Of a stretch of DNA of 45,438 bases, positions 9,504-18,824 are shown in pieces. Made by a program: the position numbers and the translations under genes. The number at the start of each line of letters is the position of its first letter. Within the stretch, counting starts at the first letter, position 1. This DNA is from Chthonomonadales bacterium (GTDB lineage: Bacteria > Armatimonadota > Chthonomonadetes > Chthonomonadales > CAJBBX01). Where the stretch lies: NCBI GenBank assembly GCA_049967475.1, contig JBMFSQ010000028.1, positions 1 to 45,438 on the forward strand, written 5' to 3'. The notes beneath the pieces were generated by a model. The model was given only the letters and a program-made list of their open reading frames with translations. It did not search any database and had not been told where the DNA came from.

Positions 9504-9758
9504 ATGGCTATGCCTGAGCGAAGGCCGGATGAGGAAGCGGTCAAGCTCACGAAGCGGGAAATCGAGGTGCTCAGCCTCGTGATCGAAGGGAAATCCAGCA
9601 AGGAAGTCGCAGACATGCTCTATGTGTCCAAGCGCACGGTAGACTTCCACCTGGCGAACATATACGACAAGCTGCAGGTATCCAACCGGGTACAGGCATT
9701 CCGTCGGGCGGCTCGCCTGGGACTCATCCCCTTCGACGCGCAGATGGCCGATTCGTGA
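9504..9758 (+). CDS. Stand-alone LuxR-type HTH transcriptional regulator
   Basis: 84 aa (alternative GTG 9495); LTKREIEVL...GKSSKEVADMLYVSKRTVDFHLANIYDKLQV, with no receiver or sensor domain. Confidence 0.9.
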   Translation: MAMPERRPDEEAVKLTKREIEVLSLVIEGKSSKEVADMLYVSKRTVDFHLANIYDKLQVSNRVQAFRRAARLGLIPFDAQMADS

Positions 9759-9786
9759 TGGGATACCGGCAGAGCGCCTTCCGGAA

Positions 9787-9825
9787 CGAACCGCCCGTAC
9801 CGCAATTATCGGTAGGGGCGGTTCG
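9787..9825. terminator. Hairpin between convergent luxR-like gene and pdxT
   Basis: cgaaccgccc-gtaccg / cggtag-gggcggttcg inverted repeat; U-tract is weak. Confidence 0.55.
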
Positions 9826-9829
9826 CTTA

Positions 9830-10426
9830 TTAAGAAGCTTGGCGCACCATGGATACGAAGTACGCGTGGACGCGCGTGTCCGCGGTGAGCTCCGGGTGGA
9901 AGGCGGTTGCCAAGATCGAGCCGGAACGTACCGCCACGATCTTGCCGCGGAAGCGCGCAAGTTCCACCACCGCAGGGCCGGCACGCGTGACGTAGGGAGC
10001 CCGGATGAATACGCCGCGCACAGGTTCTGTGCCGATTTCGGGAAGTGAGATATCTGCCTCGAAGCTCTCTATCTGTCGGCCGAAGGCGTTGCGCGCCACG
10101 GCAATATCCAACAAAGCCAGCCGGAACTGATTGCTCTCTTCGATCTCTGCCGCCAACAGGATCATTCCTGCACAGGTGCCGAACACGGGCATGCCGCGTT
10201 GAGCCCGTTGGCGTATGGGATCGGCGAGGTTGTGCAGCTCCATGAGCTTACCGATCGTGGTGCTTTCGCCGCCGGGAAGGATGAGCCCGCTTACTTGCTC
10301 CAGCTCTTCTGCGGTGCGCACAGGAAGCGCTTCCACTCCCATCCCCAGGAGCATGTTGATGTGGGCGTCGAAATCTCCTTGAAGGGCCAGGACGCCGATT
10401 GGACGCGATGCACCCGTATGTGTCAT
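9830..10426 (-). CDS. pdxT: Pyridoxal 5'-phosphate synthase glutaminase subunit
   Basis: 198 aa; IGVLALQG, PGGEST, GTCAG, RNAFGRQ, FIRAP, FHPE. Confidence 0.96.
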   Translation of the reverse strand: MTHTGASRPIGVLALQGDFDAHINMLLGMGVEALPVRTAEELEQVSGLILPGGESTTIGKLMELHNLADPIRQRAQRGMPVFGTCAGMILLAAEIEESNQFRLALLDIAVARNAFGRQIESFEADISLPEIGTEPVRGVFIRAPYVTRAGPAVVELARFRGKIVAVRSGSILATAFHPELTADTRVHAYFVSMVRQAS

Positions 10427-10432
10427 GCTTAG

Positions 10433-10438
10433 ATTGTA
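10433..10438 (-). promoter_or_regulatory. -10 element for a probably leaderless pdxT transcript
   Basis: TACAAT 6 nt upstream of the ATG (tacaat-ctaagc-ATG); no SD. Confidence 0.45.
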
Positions 10439-10504
10439 CCGTACCAGGGAGCGCAACAGGCTGCCTGCTGGCCTATCAGCGAAGCGTCACAAGGAGGATC
10501 GCCA

Positions 10505-11041
10505 ATGTCGGAAGCCGTGCCGGCGGATCGCTTGAACTCCATCGGGGTCCTTAGGCGGCGCGAGGTGGAAGCCCGCATTCTGCATCCGCTCATCGAAGAC
10601 CTTTCTGCAGAGTTCGGTCGAGAGCGTGTGCTGGAAATCCTCCGCCGAACCATCGAGAGAATTGCCCGTGAACAGGGAGCCGAGCTAGCCAAGCAAGCGG
10701 GCGGGTGCACATTGGCTCACTTCGCAGCCGCACTGGAAGCTTGGACACGCGATGGTGCTTTGGAGATGCGGGTGCTGGAGGCAAATGACACGCATCTATC
10801 CTTCGATGTAACACGCTGCCGGTATGCCGAGCTGTACCGCGATCTGGGAATGCAGGAGCTTGGGAGCGTGTTATCCTGCAACCGGGATTTCGCGTTGATC
10901 GAGGGGTTCAACCCGGCCGCACAGTTGGAGCGCGCCCAAACCATCATGGCAGGTGCGCCTGTCTGCACCTTTCGTTACAGGATCAAACCCGCGGAAACGC
11001 CTGAACCGGGTGCTAGGGAGCATACCACTCCAAAAAAGTAA
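10505..11041 (+). CDS. L-2-amino-thiazoline-4-carboxylic acid hydrolase family protein
   Basis: 178 aa; LRRREVEARIL, FDVTRCRYAE, LSCNRD, QTIMAGAPVCTFRY; AAGGAGG RBS; real function uncertain. Confidence 0.8.
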   Translation: MSEAVPADRLNSIGVLRRREVEARILHPLIEDLSAEFGRERVLEILRRTIERIAREQGAELAKQAGGCTLAHFAAALEAWTRDGALEMRVLEANDTHLSFDVTRCRYAELYRDLGMQELGSVLSCNRDFALIEGFNPAAQLERAQTIMAGAPVCTFRYRIKPAETPEPGAREHTTPKK

Positions 11042-11984
11042 CGAGGGCTGCAGCCGCAAAGAGTACGCTGTCGAAGCGATCTAGGATGCCTCCATGGCCG
11101 GGGAGCAGGGCGCCGAAATCTTTGATGCCCAGTTCACGCTTGAGCGCGCTTTCAAAGAGATCGCCCATCTGTCCAAAGCTTCCTGCAATCGCGCCGACCA
11201 CGACGCCGAAAAAGGGGCGGTTCATCAAGATGCGCCCGCAGAGAGCTCCGCACAGAATACCGGCTGCGGCGCCGGCTAGGGCGCCCTCTACGGTTTTGCC
11301 GGGCGAGAGAGCGGGCGCCAGCTTGCGCTGCCCCCATCGGGATCCCGCGAAGAAAGCAGCGCTGTCCGTAGCCCACACGCAGAGGAAGAGCAGGAGGACG
11401 AGAAGCGCCGAAGGATCAACGTGCGCCGCCAGGCCGCCCTGAGTTTCTAAAGGTTTTTGTCTGAGCCACGCGATCGTAGCGAAGAGGCTCAGGTAAGCCC
11501 CACAAAGGGTTCCGTAAGCCACTCCTTGGGCCGCCTGTGGCCTGCCTGTGCGCGCTGCACGCACCAGCTCCCACAGGCACGTGACGATGAACACCATGAT
11601 CAGTGTGCGAACGAATATGGGATACGCCTCGAAATCCCATATCCAAAACCGGCCGATGGGCATGCCGATGACGGGGGATGCCACGGCCATCGCCATGGGA
11701 AGGGGGTTTGCGTAAATGGATGCGCCGCGTACGGCACGCCACAGTTCTAGGGCCGCGATCCCTGTCACCACGATGAGCGCTGCGCAGAACGGGGTCGGTC
11801 CTGCCAAACAGAGCACCAGAAAGAGCGGTATGCCTACGATGGCGCTGATCCAGCGGGCCGTAACCGATGACGGGCTCGCCGTGGGGCCAGGCGTGTTGGG
11901 GGAAGGGGCAGGCGTAGCGCCGTTTCCTGCACGCAAACGGGTGGATCTAAGTTTGCGGGGATGATGGGCAGGATCATTCTTCAT
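11013..11984 (-). CDS. cdsA: Phosphatidate cytidylyltransferase
   Basis: 323 aa from the ATG with GAGGAG RBS; WATDSAAFFAG, LAPALSPGKTVEG, GDLFESALKR..IKDFG..LPGHGGILDRFDS. Confidence 0.93.
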   Translation of the reverse strand: MKNDPAHHPRKLRSTRLRAGNGATPAPSPNTPGPTASPSSVTARWISAIVGIPLFLVLCLAGPTPFCAALIVVTGIAALELWRAVRGASIYANPLPMAMAVASPVIGMPIGRFWIWDFEAYPIFVRTLIMVFIVTCLWELVRAARTGRPQAAQGVAYGTLCGAYLSLFATIAWLRQKPLETQGGLAAHVDPSALLVLLLFLCVWATDSAAFFAGSRWGQRKLAPALSPGKTVEGALAGAAAGILCGALCGRILMNRPFFGVVVGAIAGSFGQMGDLFESALKRELGIKDFGALLPGHGGILDRFDSVLFAAAALVTFLEWYAP

Positions 11985-11995
11985 GGCAACACTCC

Positions 11996-13300
11996 TCACC
12001 GAACTCCGCGCACATTGCGCAGGAACACCGCTCCGGCTACGAAATACGCAGCGGCCAGGCAGAAGATCGCCGTATATCCTGCCGCCGAATAGTGGGCCGT
12101 GGGTATCCCGGCAGCATTGGGAACCATGGTCTTGCCCAAACGTTCTAGGACCACCCCGGCGATAGGCAGCGCGATGGACTGCGGCAATACCATCGCTACG
12201 TGCCAAATGCCCATGTCCTTTGCCGCATCCAGTTCCTTGTTGGGCAACACATCGCAGCCCAAAGCCCAATCCACGCTATAGTACGCGCCATACGCCAGGC
12301 CGAAGATCGCTCCCAATATGTATGCCGCGGGTAGAGAGTGGATCAAAACGAACAAGATGGCGACAATTGCCACGGTGCCATTGGCCAGGTAGACTACCGG
12401 TTTGCGGCCTACCCGATCAGACAAACGCCCGCCCAGGATGCCGCTGACGGTTGCGCAAATGAGGCCGAGAGCCAGGATGAAGCCTGCTTCACGCTCCGGG
12501 TCCGAAACCGCAAGGCGGTCACTGAGATAATACTGCATGTATTGCTGCACTGTCCACAGCCCCATAACCACGAGGGCTCGCGTAATCCACACCCAGGCAA
12601 AGTTGGGATAGCGCCGTGGATCTATCCATAGGCTCTTGGCGAAAGCGTGCCAATCGAACGGTGGCACGTGAGGCTGGGGCCGTTCCGGAGTGCCTACGAT
12701 AGTGATGGCCGCCGACACCGCCAGGCTCGATGCGATGACTACGTAGGCGGCGCCTGCCATGCCGCGATCCATGAGGATGCCGGCCGAGAAGGCTCCCGCC
12801 ACGGTGCCGATTTGGGACATGGCCGCCATCCACCCTGACGCTTCGCCATGCTGTTCCACGGGCACAATATCTGGGATTACGCCGCTGTATGCGCCCGTTG
12901 CCACGTTGTTGCCTACCTGAACGACGAGATACGCGATGAAGTAGAGCCAAAGAAGGGCCTTTGCACCGGCGGTGTAAGCGATGGCTAATCCTACGAGGTT
13001 TACGAGGACACCAGCCAGGATGTAGGGGCGCCGTCTGCCTAATCGAGAGCGGCACCGGTCACTGAGGGCGCCCACGATGATGGGGACGACTACGGCTGGA
13101 ATGGCGCCCCATCCAAGCAGGAAACCTTCCGATTGAGCGTAGTTTTTGGGATCCAAGCGCTTCATTTGGCTGGGCACGATGATCATCAACCAGGCACCCC
13201 ATAGGAGGTTGGTTCCCAGCCAGAAAGCGCTCATCGAAAAGAGGCGTTTTGACGAGAGAGCAGGCGGCGTCGGAGGGCCTTGTCGCTCTGCAGTCGTCAC
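11996..13300 (-). CDS. MFS transporter
   Basis: 434 aa, about 12 hydrophobic segments; GALSDRCRSRLGRRRP and GRLSDRVGRK motif-A repeats. Confidence 0.9.
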   Translation of the reverse strand: MTTAERQGPPTPPALSSKRLFSMSAFWLGTNLLWGAWLMIIVPSQMKRLDPKNYAQSEGFLLGWGAIPAVVVPIIVGALSDRCRSRLGRRRPYILAGVLVNLVGLAIAYTAGAKALLWLYFIAYLVVQVGNNVATGAYSGVIPDIVPVEQHGEASGWMAAMSQIGTVAGAFSAGILMDRGMAGAAYVVIASSLAVSAAITIVGTPERPQPHVPPFDWHAFAKSLWIDPRRYPNFAWVWITRALVVMGLWTVQQYMQYYLSDRLAVSDPEREAGFILALGLICATVSGILGGRLSDRVGRKPVVYLANGTVAIVAILFVLIHSLPAAYILGAIFGLAYGAYYSVDWALGCDVLPNKELDAAKDMGIWHVAMVLPQSIALPIAGVVLERLGKTMVPNAAGIPTAHYSAAGYTAIFCLAAAYFVAGAVFLRNVRGVR

Positions 13301-13339
13301 GCTGCTGGCTCCCGCGTGCTGCGGCGGACGGCAGATCTG

Positions 13340-14116
13340 CTACACGCACGAATGTCCCTGCGTTGAGGCGGCATAGCGGTAGTCCTCCAGATCGTCTATA
13401 TCGAAGGCCAATTCCGGCGGGCTGTCCAGAACGGCCGCACCCTCCTTGCCCAGGATCTGGCCGCAGCGACGCTCGATGTGTTCCACTCGGAGGCGCCGCG
13501 TGACGAAGCGCGCCATAAACAAAGGGCCCAGCAGCATCGCCATAGCAGCCTGGTTTTTGCGGGCGTTGCAGATCTTTTGTATGTGCGGGCGGCCCGCGAG
13601 CACAACTTCAGGATTTAGAAGGAATACGCACCCGGTAGTGTACTCACCGTCTCGTAGTCTAACAAAACGCGCAGGGGCCCCGGGGAACCGCATCTCAAAC
13701 GAGCGGCGGCGGAGGACCGGAACGCAGATATCAGCACATGCAGGGCAGTTGTGCACAAATGCGGTGACGGCCTCGGCCGTTATGAAGGGAAGGTCGGTTG
13801 CTGAGGCAAGGACTCTTTGTGTGGCAGCGTCTTCGAGTTGGTTTAGGGTGTGGATGCCGCGTTCCAGGTTTTCGGGGATGGATGCGCCTTCAACCACGAA
13901 GCCGTCGGCCCCTGCTGCGGTGGCGGCATCCTGCAGTTCCGCCGGGCCAACTACAAGGATGCGCCTGGCGTTCGCAGTCGTGCGCACTGCCCGCACCGTT
14001 CGTTCCAAAAGATTGAGCCCCCCAATTGAGATCAATGCTTTGTATCGAACGCCTGTTTCCTGAGCGAAGGGTCCTCGAATGCGCCCTCCGGCGAGTAAGA
14101 CGGCATCGTAGGTCAT
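13340..14116 (-). CDS. MobA-like NTP transferase (nucleotidyltransferase) family protein
   Basis: 258 aa; DAVLLAGG...KALISIGG, ATDLP, FDIDD; GGAGGT RBS and ATGA overlap with the upstream gene. Confidence 0.8.
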   Translation of the reverse strand: MTYDAVLLAGGRIRGPFAQETGVRYKALISIGGLNLLERTVRAVRTTANARRILVVGPAELQDAATAAGADGFVVEGASIPENLERGIHTLNQLEDAATQRVLASATDLPFITAEAVTAFVHNCPACADICVPVLRRRSFEMRFPGAPARFVRLRDGEYTTGCVFLLNPEVVLAGRPHIQKICNARKNQAAMAMLLGPLFMARFVTRRLRVEHIERRCGQILGKEGAAVLDSPPELAFDIDDLEDYRYAASTQGHSCV

Positions 14117-15078
14117 GGAACGACCACCTCCAGAGCTGCGGGAACAGCGGTAAACCGGCATGGTGTGTTTTGGAGTACATCCCCATCCGCGAGGACTGGA
14201 AGCGGCGGGTCGGTGGAGAGCCAAACGTCGCGGGCCTGCATCATGAGCACCTTGGGATGGTGAATGTGGGTACCCCGAAAGACCTTCGGGAAGGCTTTGA
14301 GGAATTCTCCCCTCCCCACCTCCTTTACGATGCAGAGGTCCAAAAGGCCGTCATCCATCCTGGCGCTTGGTGCGATGCGCATCCCTCCGCCTGTAGACCG
14401 GGAATTTGCCACGTAGCACAGCATGGCTTTGAGGGAGAGGACATGGCCGTCAATTTCCATTGTAAAGGCGGCCGCGCGGAAGGTCCGCAGGCTGTGGAGA
14501 ACGGCTGCCACGTAAGCGGGGCTTCCGCGGAGCCATCGGTATCCCTGGCCCACGCGCTGTGCCACCATTGCATCGAAGCCGGATCCGGCGCCATTCGCGA
14601 AGAACCAGCCGTCCACCCTGCCCAAATCTATGATCCGCGGCCTTCCGTGGAACAGCGTGCTCACAGCGAAATCCAGACTGCCGCAGAGACCCAGATCGCG
14701 GGCCAGATCGTTGCCGGTTCCCAGGGGAAGGATGCCGAGCCGCGCTCTAGTCCCTGCGATGCCGTTGACCACTTCACCGCAGGTGCCGTCGCCACCGCCT
14801 GCAGCCACCACGGAAGCGCCCTGGGCAGCGGCCTCGGCGGCGAGGGTGCGGGCATGGCCTTTGGTGCGGGTTTCCATAAGCGTCCATGGAGTGGCGCCGG
14901 CATGCTCGTGCAGCAACCGCTCCAGCTTTTTGCGCACACGGACGGCGCGCCCCCCACCGGCCTTCGGGTTCAAGATCACGGCGACCCCTCCGTCCAGCGC
15001 TGCGGCGGTAAGGGCGGCGCCTCGCCGTTCCTGCTGCGGCTCGGCCTGCGGTTCAGGAGGCTCTTCGGGCTGCTTCAT
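14113..15078 (-). CDS. Diacylglycerol/lipid kinase family protein (YegS/DgkB-like)
   Basis: ILNPKAGGG, GGGDGT, LPLGTGNDLAR, GSGFDA, DDGLLD, ADGD; start uncertain (15078, 15090 or 15210). Confidence 0.9.
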   Translation of the reverse strand: MKQPEEPPEPQAEPQQERRGAALTAAALDGGVAVILNPKAGGGRAVRVRKKLERLLHEHAGATPWTLMETRTKGHARTLAAEAAAQGASVVAAGGGDGTCGEVVNGIAGTRARLGILPLGTGNDLARDLGLCGSLDFAVSTLFHGRPRIIDLGRVDGWFFANGAGSGFDAMVAQRVGQGYRWLRGSPAYVAAVLHSLRTFRAAAFTMEIDGHVLSLKAMLCYVANSRSTGGGMRIAPSARMDDGLLDLCIVKEVGRGEFLKAFPKVFRGTHIHHPKVLMMQARDVWLSTDPPLPVLADGDVLQNTPCRFTAVPAALEVVVP

Positions 15079-15326
15079 CCCCGTCTCCATGGCGAGCGGC
15101 TGTAAAGGGTCGCCCTCGCGGGCTCGTGTTGCATCCGCATCTGTGCAACGGGCGGGCACATAGATCGGCCCAGGCGCCGCGCTCTTCCGCCCTTGCTTCC
15201 TATCCTGCATGATATACCCCAAAGCGGGCGCGTACGCAGGTGCAGCGGTCTCGGTGCAGGAAAAGGCCTTCGAGTGGGCGAACGGCCATGAATGGAAATA
15301 GAACGGAGGTTTTGCGGGGGAAGCGG

Positions 15327-16667
15327 ATGTGTCCGTTCAAAGTGGCGGCTGCGCCGCGCAATCGGGCGGGAGAACTGGCCCTGGATCTGTATGCGTGCGT
15401 TCTGGACGAGGTGCGGGCGGATCGCCTCGTTCGCCGGGCAGTACGTTTGGAAGGCAACATCCTCCGCGTGGGCGGCACGACGATCCCTCTGGCGGAAGTG
15501 CGACGTTTGTTGGTAGTTGGGGCCGGCAAGGCCTCGGCGGGTATGGCCGCCGGCCTCGAGGATGTACTGGGAAGTCGCATTGCTGAAGGGATCGTGGTGA
15601 CCAAGTACGGACATGGTGCGGACACCCGCGTCATTCGTGTGCGGGAAGCGGCTCATCCCATCCCCGATGAAGCATCCGTGGCAGCCGGAGCCGCCATCAT
15701 GGACTTGGTGCAACGGGCGGAAGCGCAAGATCTGGTGATCTGCCTTATTTCAGGGGGAGCTTCTGCACTGATGGAGCTGCCCGTGGAAGGAGTTGACATC
15801 GAGGATCTGCGCCTCGTTACCGAGCTTTTGCTGCGGTGTGGGGCGGAGATCCGGCACATAAACCGCGTACGTGCGAGCCTTTCCCGCATCAAAGCAGGAG
15901 GATTGGCGCGGGCAGCATCCCCCGCTCGCGTGTTGTGCCTGGCCATATCGGACGTCCTGGGGAACCCGCCTGGCGCCATCGGCTCGGGGCCGTGCGTGGC
16001 CTCTCCGGCTTTCGGTGGGGATGCCCGGGCGGTTCTGGAACAGTACGGCTTGGTCGAGCGCGTCCCGCCCAATGTACTGCGCGCTCTGGAACTGCCGCCT
16101 GCGCCCCAGGGTCCTGAGAACGGCGGTTCCTTGCACTTTGAGGTCATCGGAGATGTAGGTGTGGCCCTGGATGTTGCGTGGCGTCGGGCGCAGCAACTTG
16201 GGCTCAATCCGCTGATCCTCACGCAGGGCATGCGGGGCGAGGCCAGAGAGATCGGCGGGCTCATGGGCGCTGTGGCCCGTGATTTCCCTCAGGCGTCGGC
16301 CCGCAGCGGCGTGCGATGTGTGTTGATGGGGGGCGAGCCCACGGTAACCGTCCGCGGTAAGGGGAGTGGGGGGCGGGCGCAGGAGCTGGCGCTGGCAGCG
16401 GCGTTAGCCATGGCGGACGGCAGCGACACCACCGCCCTTCTGGCGGCAGGCACCGACGGCACCGATGGCCCAACGGACGCTGCCGGAGGCTTGGTGGACG
16501 CTTCCACTGCTCGGCGCGCTGCAGAAGCGGGGGTGAACCCGGCCCTCGCTCTGGCCGACAACGACAGCTACCACGCCCTCCAGGCTGCCGGCGCACTCGT
16601 TACGACTGGGCCGACGCAATCGAATGTGAATGACTTAGTGATCGTCGTCGAAGCGGGCGGCACGTGA
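15327..16667 (+). CDS. Glycerate 2-kinase / hydroxypyruvate reductase TtuD family (DUF4147 + MOFRL)
   Basis: VGAGKAS, AAHPIPD, LISGGASAL, SRIKAGGL, ISDVLG, IGSGP, GGEPTV, GGRAQE, GTDGTDGPTDAAG, TGPTQSNVNDL; start uncertain (15288 or 15327). Confidence 0.9.
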   Translation: MCPFKVAAAPRNRAGELALDLYACVLDEVRADRLVRRAVRLEGNILRVGGTTIPLAEVRRLLVVGAGKASAGMAAGLEDVLGSRIAEGIVVTKYGHGADTRVIRVREAAHPIPDEASVAAGAAIMDLVQRAEAQDLVICLISGGASALMELPVEGVDIEDLRLVTELLLRCGAEIRHINRVRASLSRIKAGGLARAASPARVLCLAISDVLGNPPGAIGSGPCVASPAFGGDARAVLEQYGLVERVPPNVLRALELPPAPQGPENGGSLHFEVIGDVGVALDVAWRRAQQLGLNPLILTQGMRGEAREIGGLMGAVARDFPQASARSGVRCVLMGGEPTVTVRGKGSGGRAQELALAAALAMADGSDTTALLAAGTDGTDGPTDAAGGLVDASTARRAAEAGVNPALALADNDSYHALQAAGALVTTGPTQSNVNDLVIVVEAGGT

Positions 16668-16709
16668 GGCGATGCGTTTTGATGTGCCCTAGGTGCAACG
16701 GCGCAGGGC

Positions 16710-18098
16710 ATGGCGTACCGCGATCCGGCGCAGGTGCGGATTGCAGCGGGGAAAGGAATGGCAGCAATGACGGCGAAAGCAGACGCTCCAATGGTGCAGT
16801 CGGCAGGCTTGGATCGAGACACGTTTTTGGCCATCGTGGTTTCGGGCGTAGCCATGAGCCTTGGGTGGGGGCTCCGGGGCCAGTTCGGCGGGCCCATGGG
16901 AGCCATGGTCCCAGGGGCGATGGTAGCCATGGCGCTGGCATTGTTCAGCCGGATGCCGGTGCCCATCGGCCGCTTCTATTTCATCGCAGCCTCGGGCGCA
17001 CTGGGCTTTGGCATAGGCGGTGAGGAAACGTATATGCAGACGGCCTCTCTGGCAGCCAATTCCGCAACGGCAGCGTGGGGGTACTTGGGATTGGCGATCA
17101 AGGGAGCCGAATGGGGCGGACTGGCGGGTCTCTTGATTGGTTCTGCGTTGGGCGGCCGCCGTTACTCGGCCGGTGAACTGATCGTGGGTTTCAATGCAGC
17201 TCTGGCTTTGGCTTTTCCTGCCTACTGGATCATCAACGTCCCAAAGCTCATCTATTTCAGCGGGGGATCCGGAAGGCCAAGACCCGAGGCGTGGGCTGCC
17301 CTAACCACGGTATGGCTGGTTCTGCTTGTTTTGGCCCGTGTCAAACAAGACCATGCAGCCGTGCGCCTTTCCCTATTCGGCGCTTTGGGATGCGGTGTCG
17401 GCTTTCCGCTGTTTCAGTGGGTGAACCTTACAGGAAGCCGGCTCCTTCCGGCCACTGCGCCTTTTATGGATTGGTGGAAGGTGGTGGAATGCGGTCTGGG
17501 TTTGGCGGGAGGGTTGGCGCTCGGGTGGGGATGGCACCGCTGGAATTACGCTCCGCGAGTGGAGCAGGCGGCCTCGCCGAAGTTCCTGGGGACAGTGCCC
17601 TTCGTGCTTTTGTGCCTGGATCTTTTGGTGTTTGCCTACGTGAGCGACAGTTTAGGGGAGTTCGGAGGGCTCATCGGCAAAGCCCCGTTCCTCTTCATTG
17701 CCCCGGCATTGTGGGTACTTGCTTCCCGGGTGGATGATCTTCAACTGGCCCTGGGAGTGTTTGCGCCCATCGCCTTCACGTTTTGGAATGTGCAAGACTA
17801 TTGGGTGAGCGAACGGAAGATTGTGGGGGTGGCGTCTTCCGTGACGGTGCTCGCGATGCTTTCAGCGGCTTGCGCGTGGGGAACGGCGAAGCTTCGTGCC
17901 GGACCGCGGCATCTGTTTCTGTTGGTTACTTGGCTCACAGTGGCGTGTGCATGGTTCAAGATGCTCATCCCGGCGCCTCAGCCCGTTGCAACGAACGTCA
18001 CCATTACTTTGGTGGTGCAGGGGATCTTTACGGTGATGGCGGCGTTTCTAACCTGGGTTCCTTGCCCGCGAAACCGAACAGGGGGAGTGGTTCCATGA
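16710..18098 (+). CDS. Uncharacterised multi-pass membrane protein
   Basis: Up to 462 aa, about 14 Gly/Trp-rich hydrophobic segments; stop overlaps the next ATG (ATGA); start may be 16758 or 16767. Confidence 0.75.
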   Translation: MAYRDPAQVRIAAGKGMAAMTAKADAPMVQSAGLDRDTFLAIVVSGVAMSLGWGLRGQFGGPMGAMVPGAMVAMALALFSRMPVPIGRFYFIAASGALGFGIGGEETYMQTASLAANSATAAWGYLGLAIKGAEWGGLAGLLIGSALGGRRYSAGELIVGFNAALALAFPAYWIINVPKLIYFSGGSGRPRPEAWAALTTVWLVLLVLARVKQDHAAVRLSLFGALGCGVGFPLFQWVNLTGSRLLPATAPFMDWWKVVECGLGLAGGLALGWGWHRWNYAPRVEQAASPKFLGTVPFVLLCLDLLVFAYVSDSLGEFGGLIGKAPFLFIAPALWVLASRVDDLQLALGVFAPIAFTFWNVQDYWVSERKIVGVASSVTVLAMLSAACAWGTAKLRAGPRHLFLLVTWLTVACAWFKMLIPAPQPVATNVTITLVVQGIFTVMAAFLTWVPCPRNRTGGVVP

Positions 18099-18673
18099 CA
18101 GAGCCGCTGTTGATATCCATTCAGGTGGGAAGGCCGGCTACACGCGGGCGGTTCCGATCAGAGGATCTGTCGGAAGGCCGCTGGAGAAGCGCCATCTTCA
18201 AGCATGCGGTATCGGATGAAGTATGGCTGGGGAGGCTCAATCTGGCAGGCGATCTCCAAGCGGATCGTGTGCATCATGGCGGACCGGATCAGGCGGTGCT
18301 GGCTTATTCCGCCGATCATTATCCCTTGTGGCGCGAGGAACTTGGTGTCGCCGCGATGGGCCCGGGAGGCTTCGGCGAGAACTTCACCATCGCCGGGTTG
18401 ACGGGAAAAACCGTTTGCGTGGGGGATATCGTTGCCATAGGGGATTGCCGCCTCCAAGTGACGAAGCCTCGCATGCCCTGTTGGAAGCTCGAGCGCAGAT
18501 GGGGCATTCCGGGGCTCGTGGAGCGTGTGCTGCAGAACGGCCGCTCAGGATGGTATCTGCGGGTTCTTCAGGAAGGGTTTGTTCGGCCGGGGTTGCCTGT
18601 GCTGCTGCTGGAACGGCTGCCCGGAGCGGTCACTATCGCCGAAGCGTTTCGGGCTAAGGCAGGCAAGCGCTAA
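18095..18673 (+). CDS. MOSC domain protein (YiiM-like)
   Basis: 192 aa; SAIFK, GDLQAD..HHGGPDQAV, FGENFT, QVTKPRMPCWKL, GRSGWYLRVLQEG. Confidence 0.9.
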   Translation: MTEPLLISIQVGRPATRGRFRSEDLSEGRWRSAIFKHAVSDEVWLGRLNLAGDLQADRVHHGGPDQAVLAYSADHYPLWREELGVAAMGPGGFGENFTIAGLTGKTVCVGDIVAIGDCRLQVTKPRMPCWKLERRWGIPGLVERVLQNGRSGWYLRVLQEGFVRPGLPVLLLERLPGAVTIAEAFRAKAGKR

Positions 18674-18824
18674 ACGTACTGGGCGGCCGACCACCCTGAT
18701 CTCCATCCTGCATCGAGATCGGGCGTGCCCACGCTTCCCCGCATTTTGGTTGCAACAATCCCCGATTTCCAGTGTCTCAATGGCTAGAAGCACGGGTCTG
18801 AGGCGTTGTCATCACCGGGATGCC

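Noticed and set aside
330..10426. serC and pdxT as a vitamin B6 cluster
   Set aside because: They are 8 kb apart on opposite strands and belong to different PLP routes; SerC is adequately explained by serine biosynthesis
11013..11041. 29-bp 3' overlap between cdsA and the thiazoline-hydrolase-family gene as a sign of frameshift
   Set aside because: Both proteins have complete C-terminal motifs, and short convergent overlaps are common
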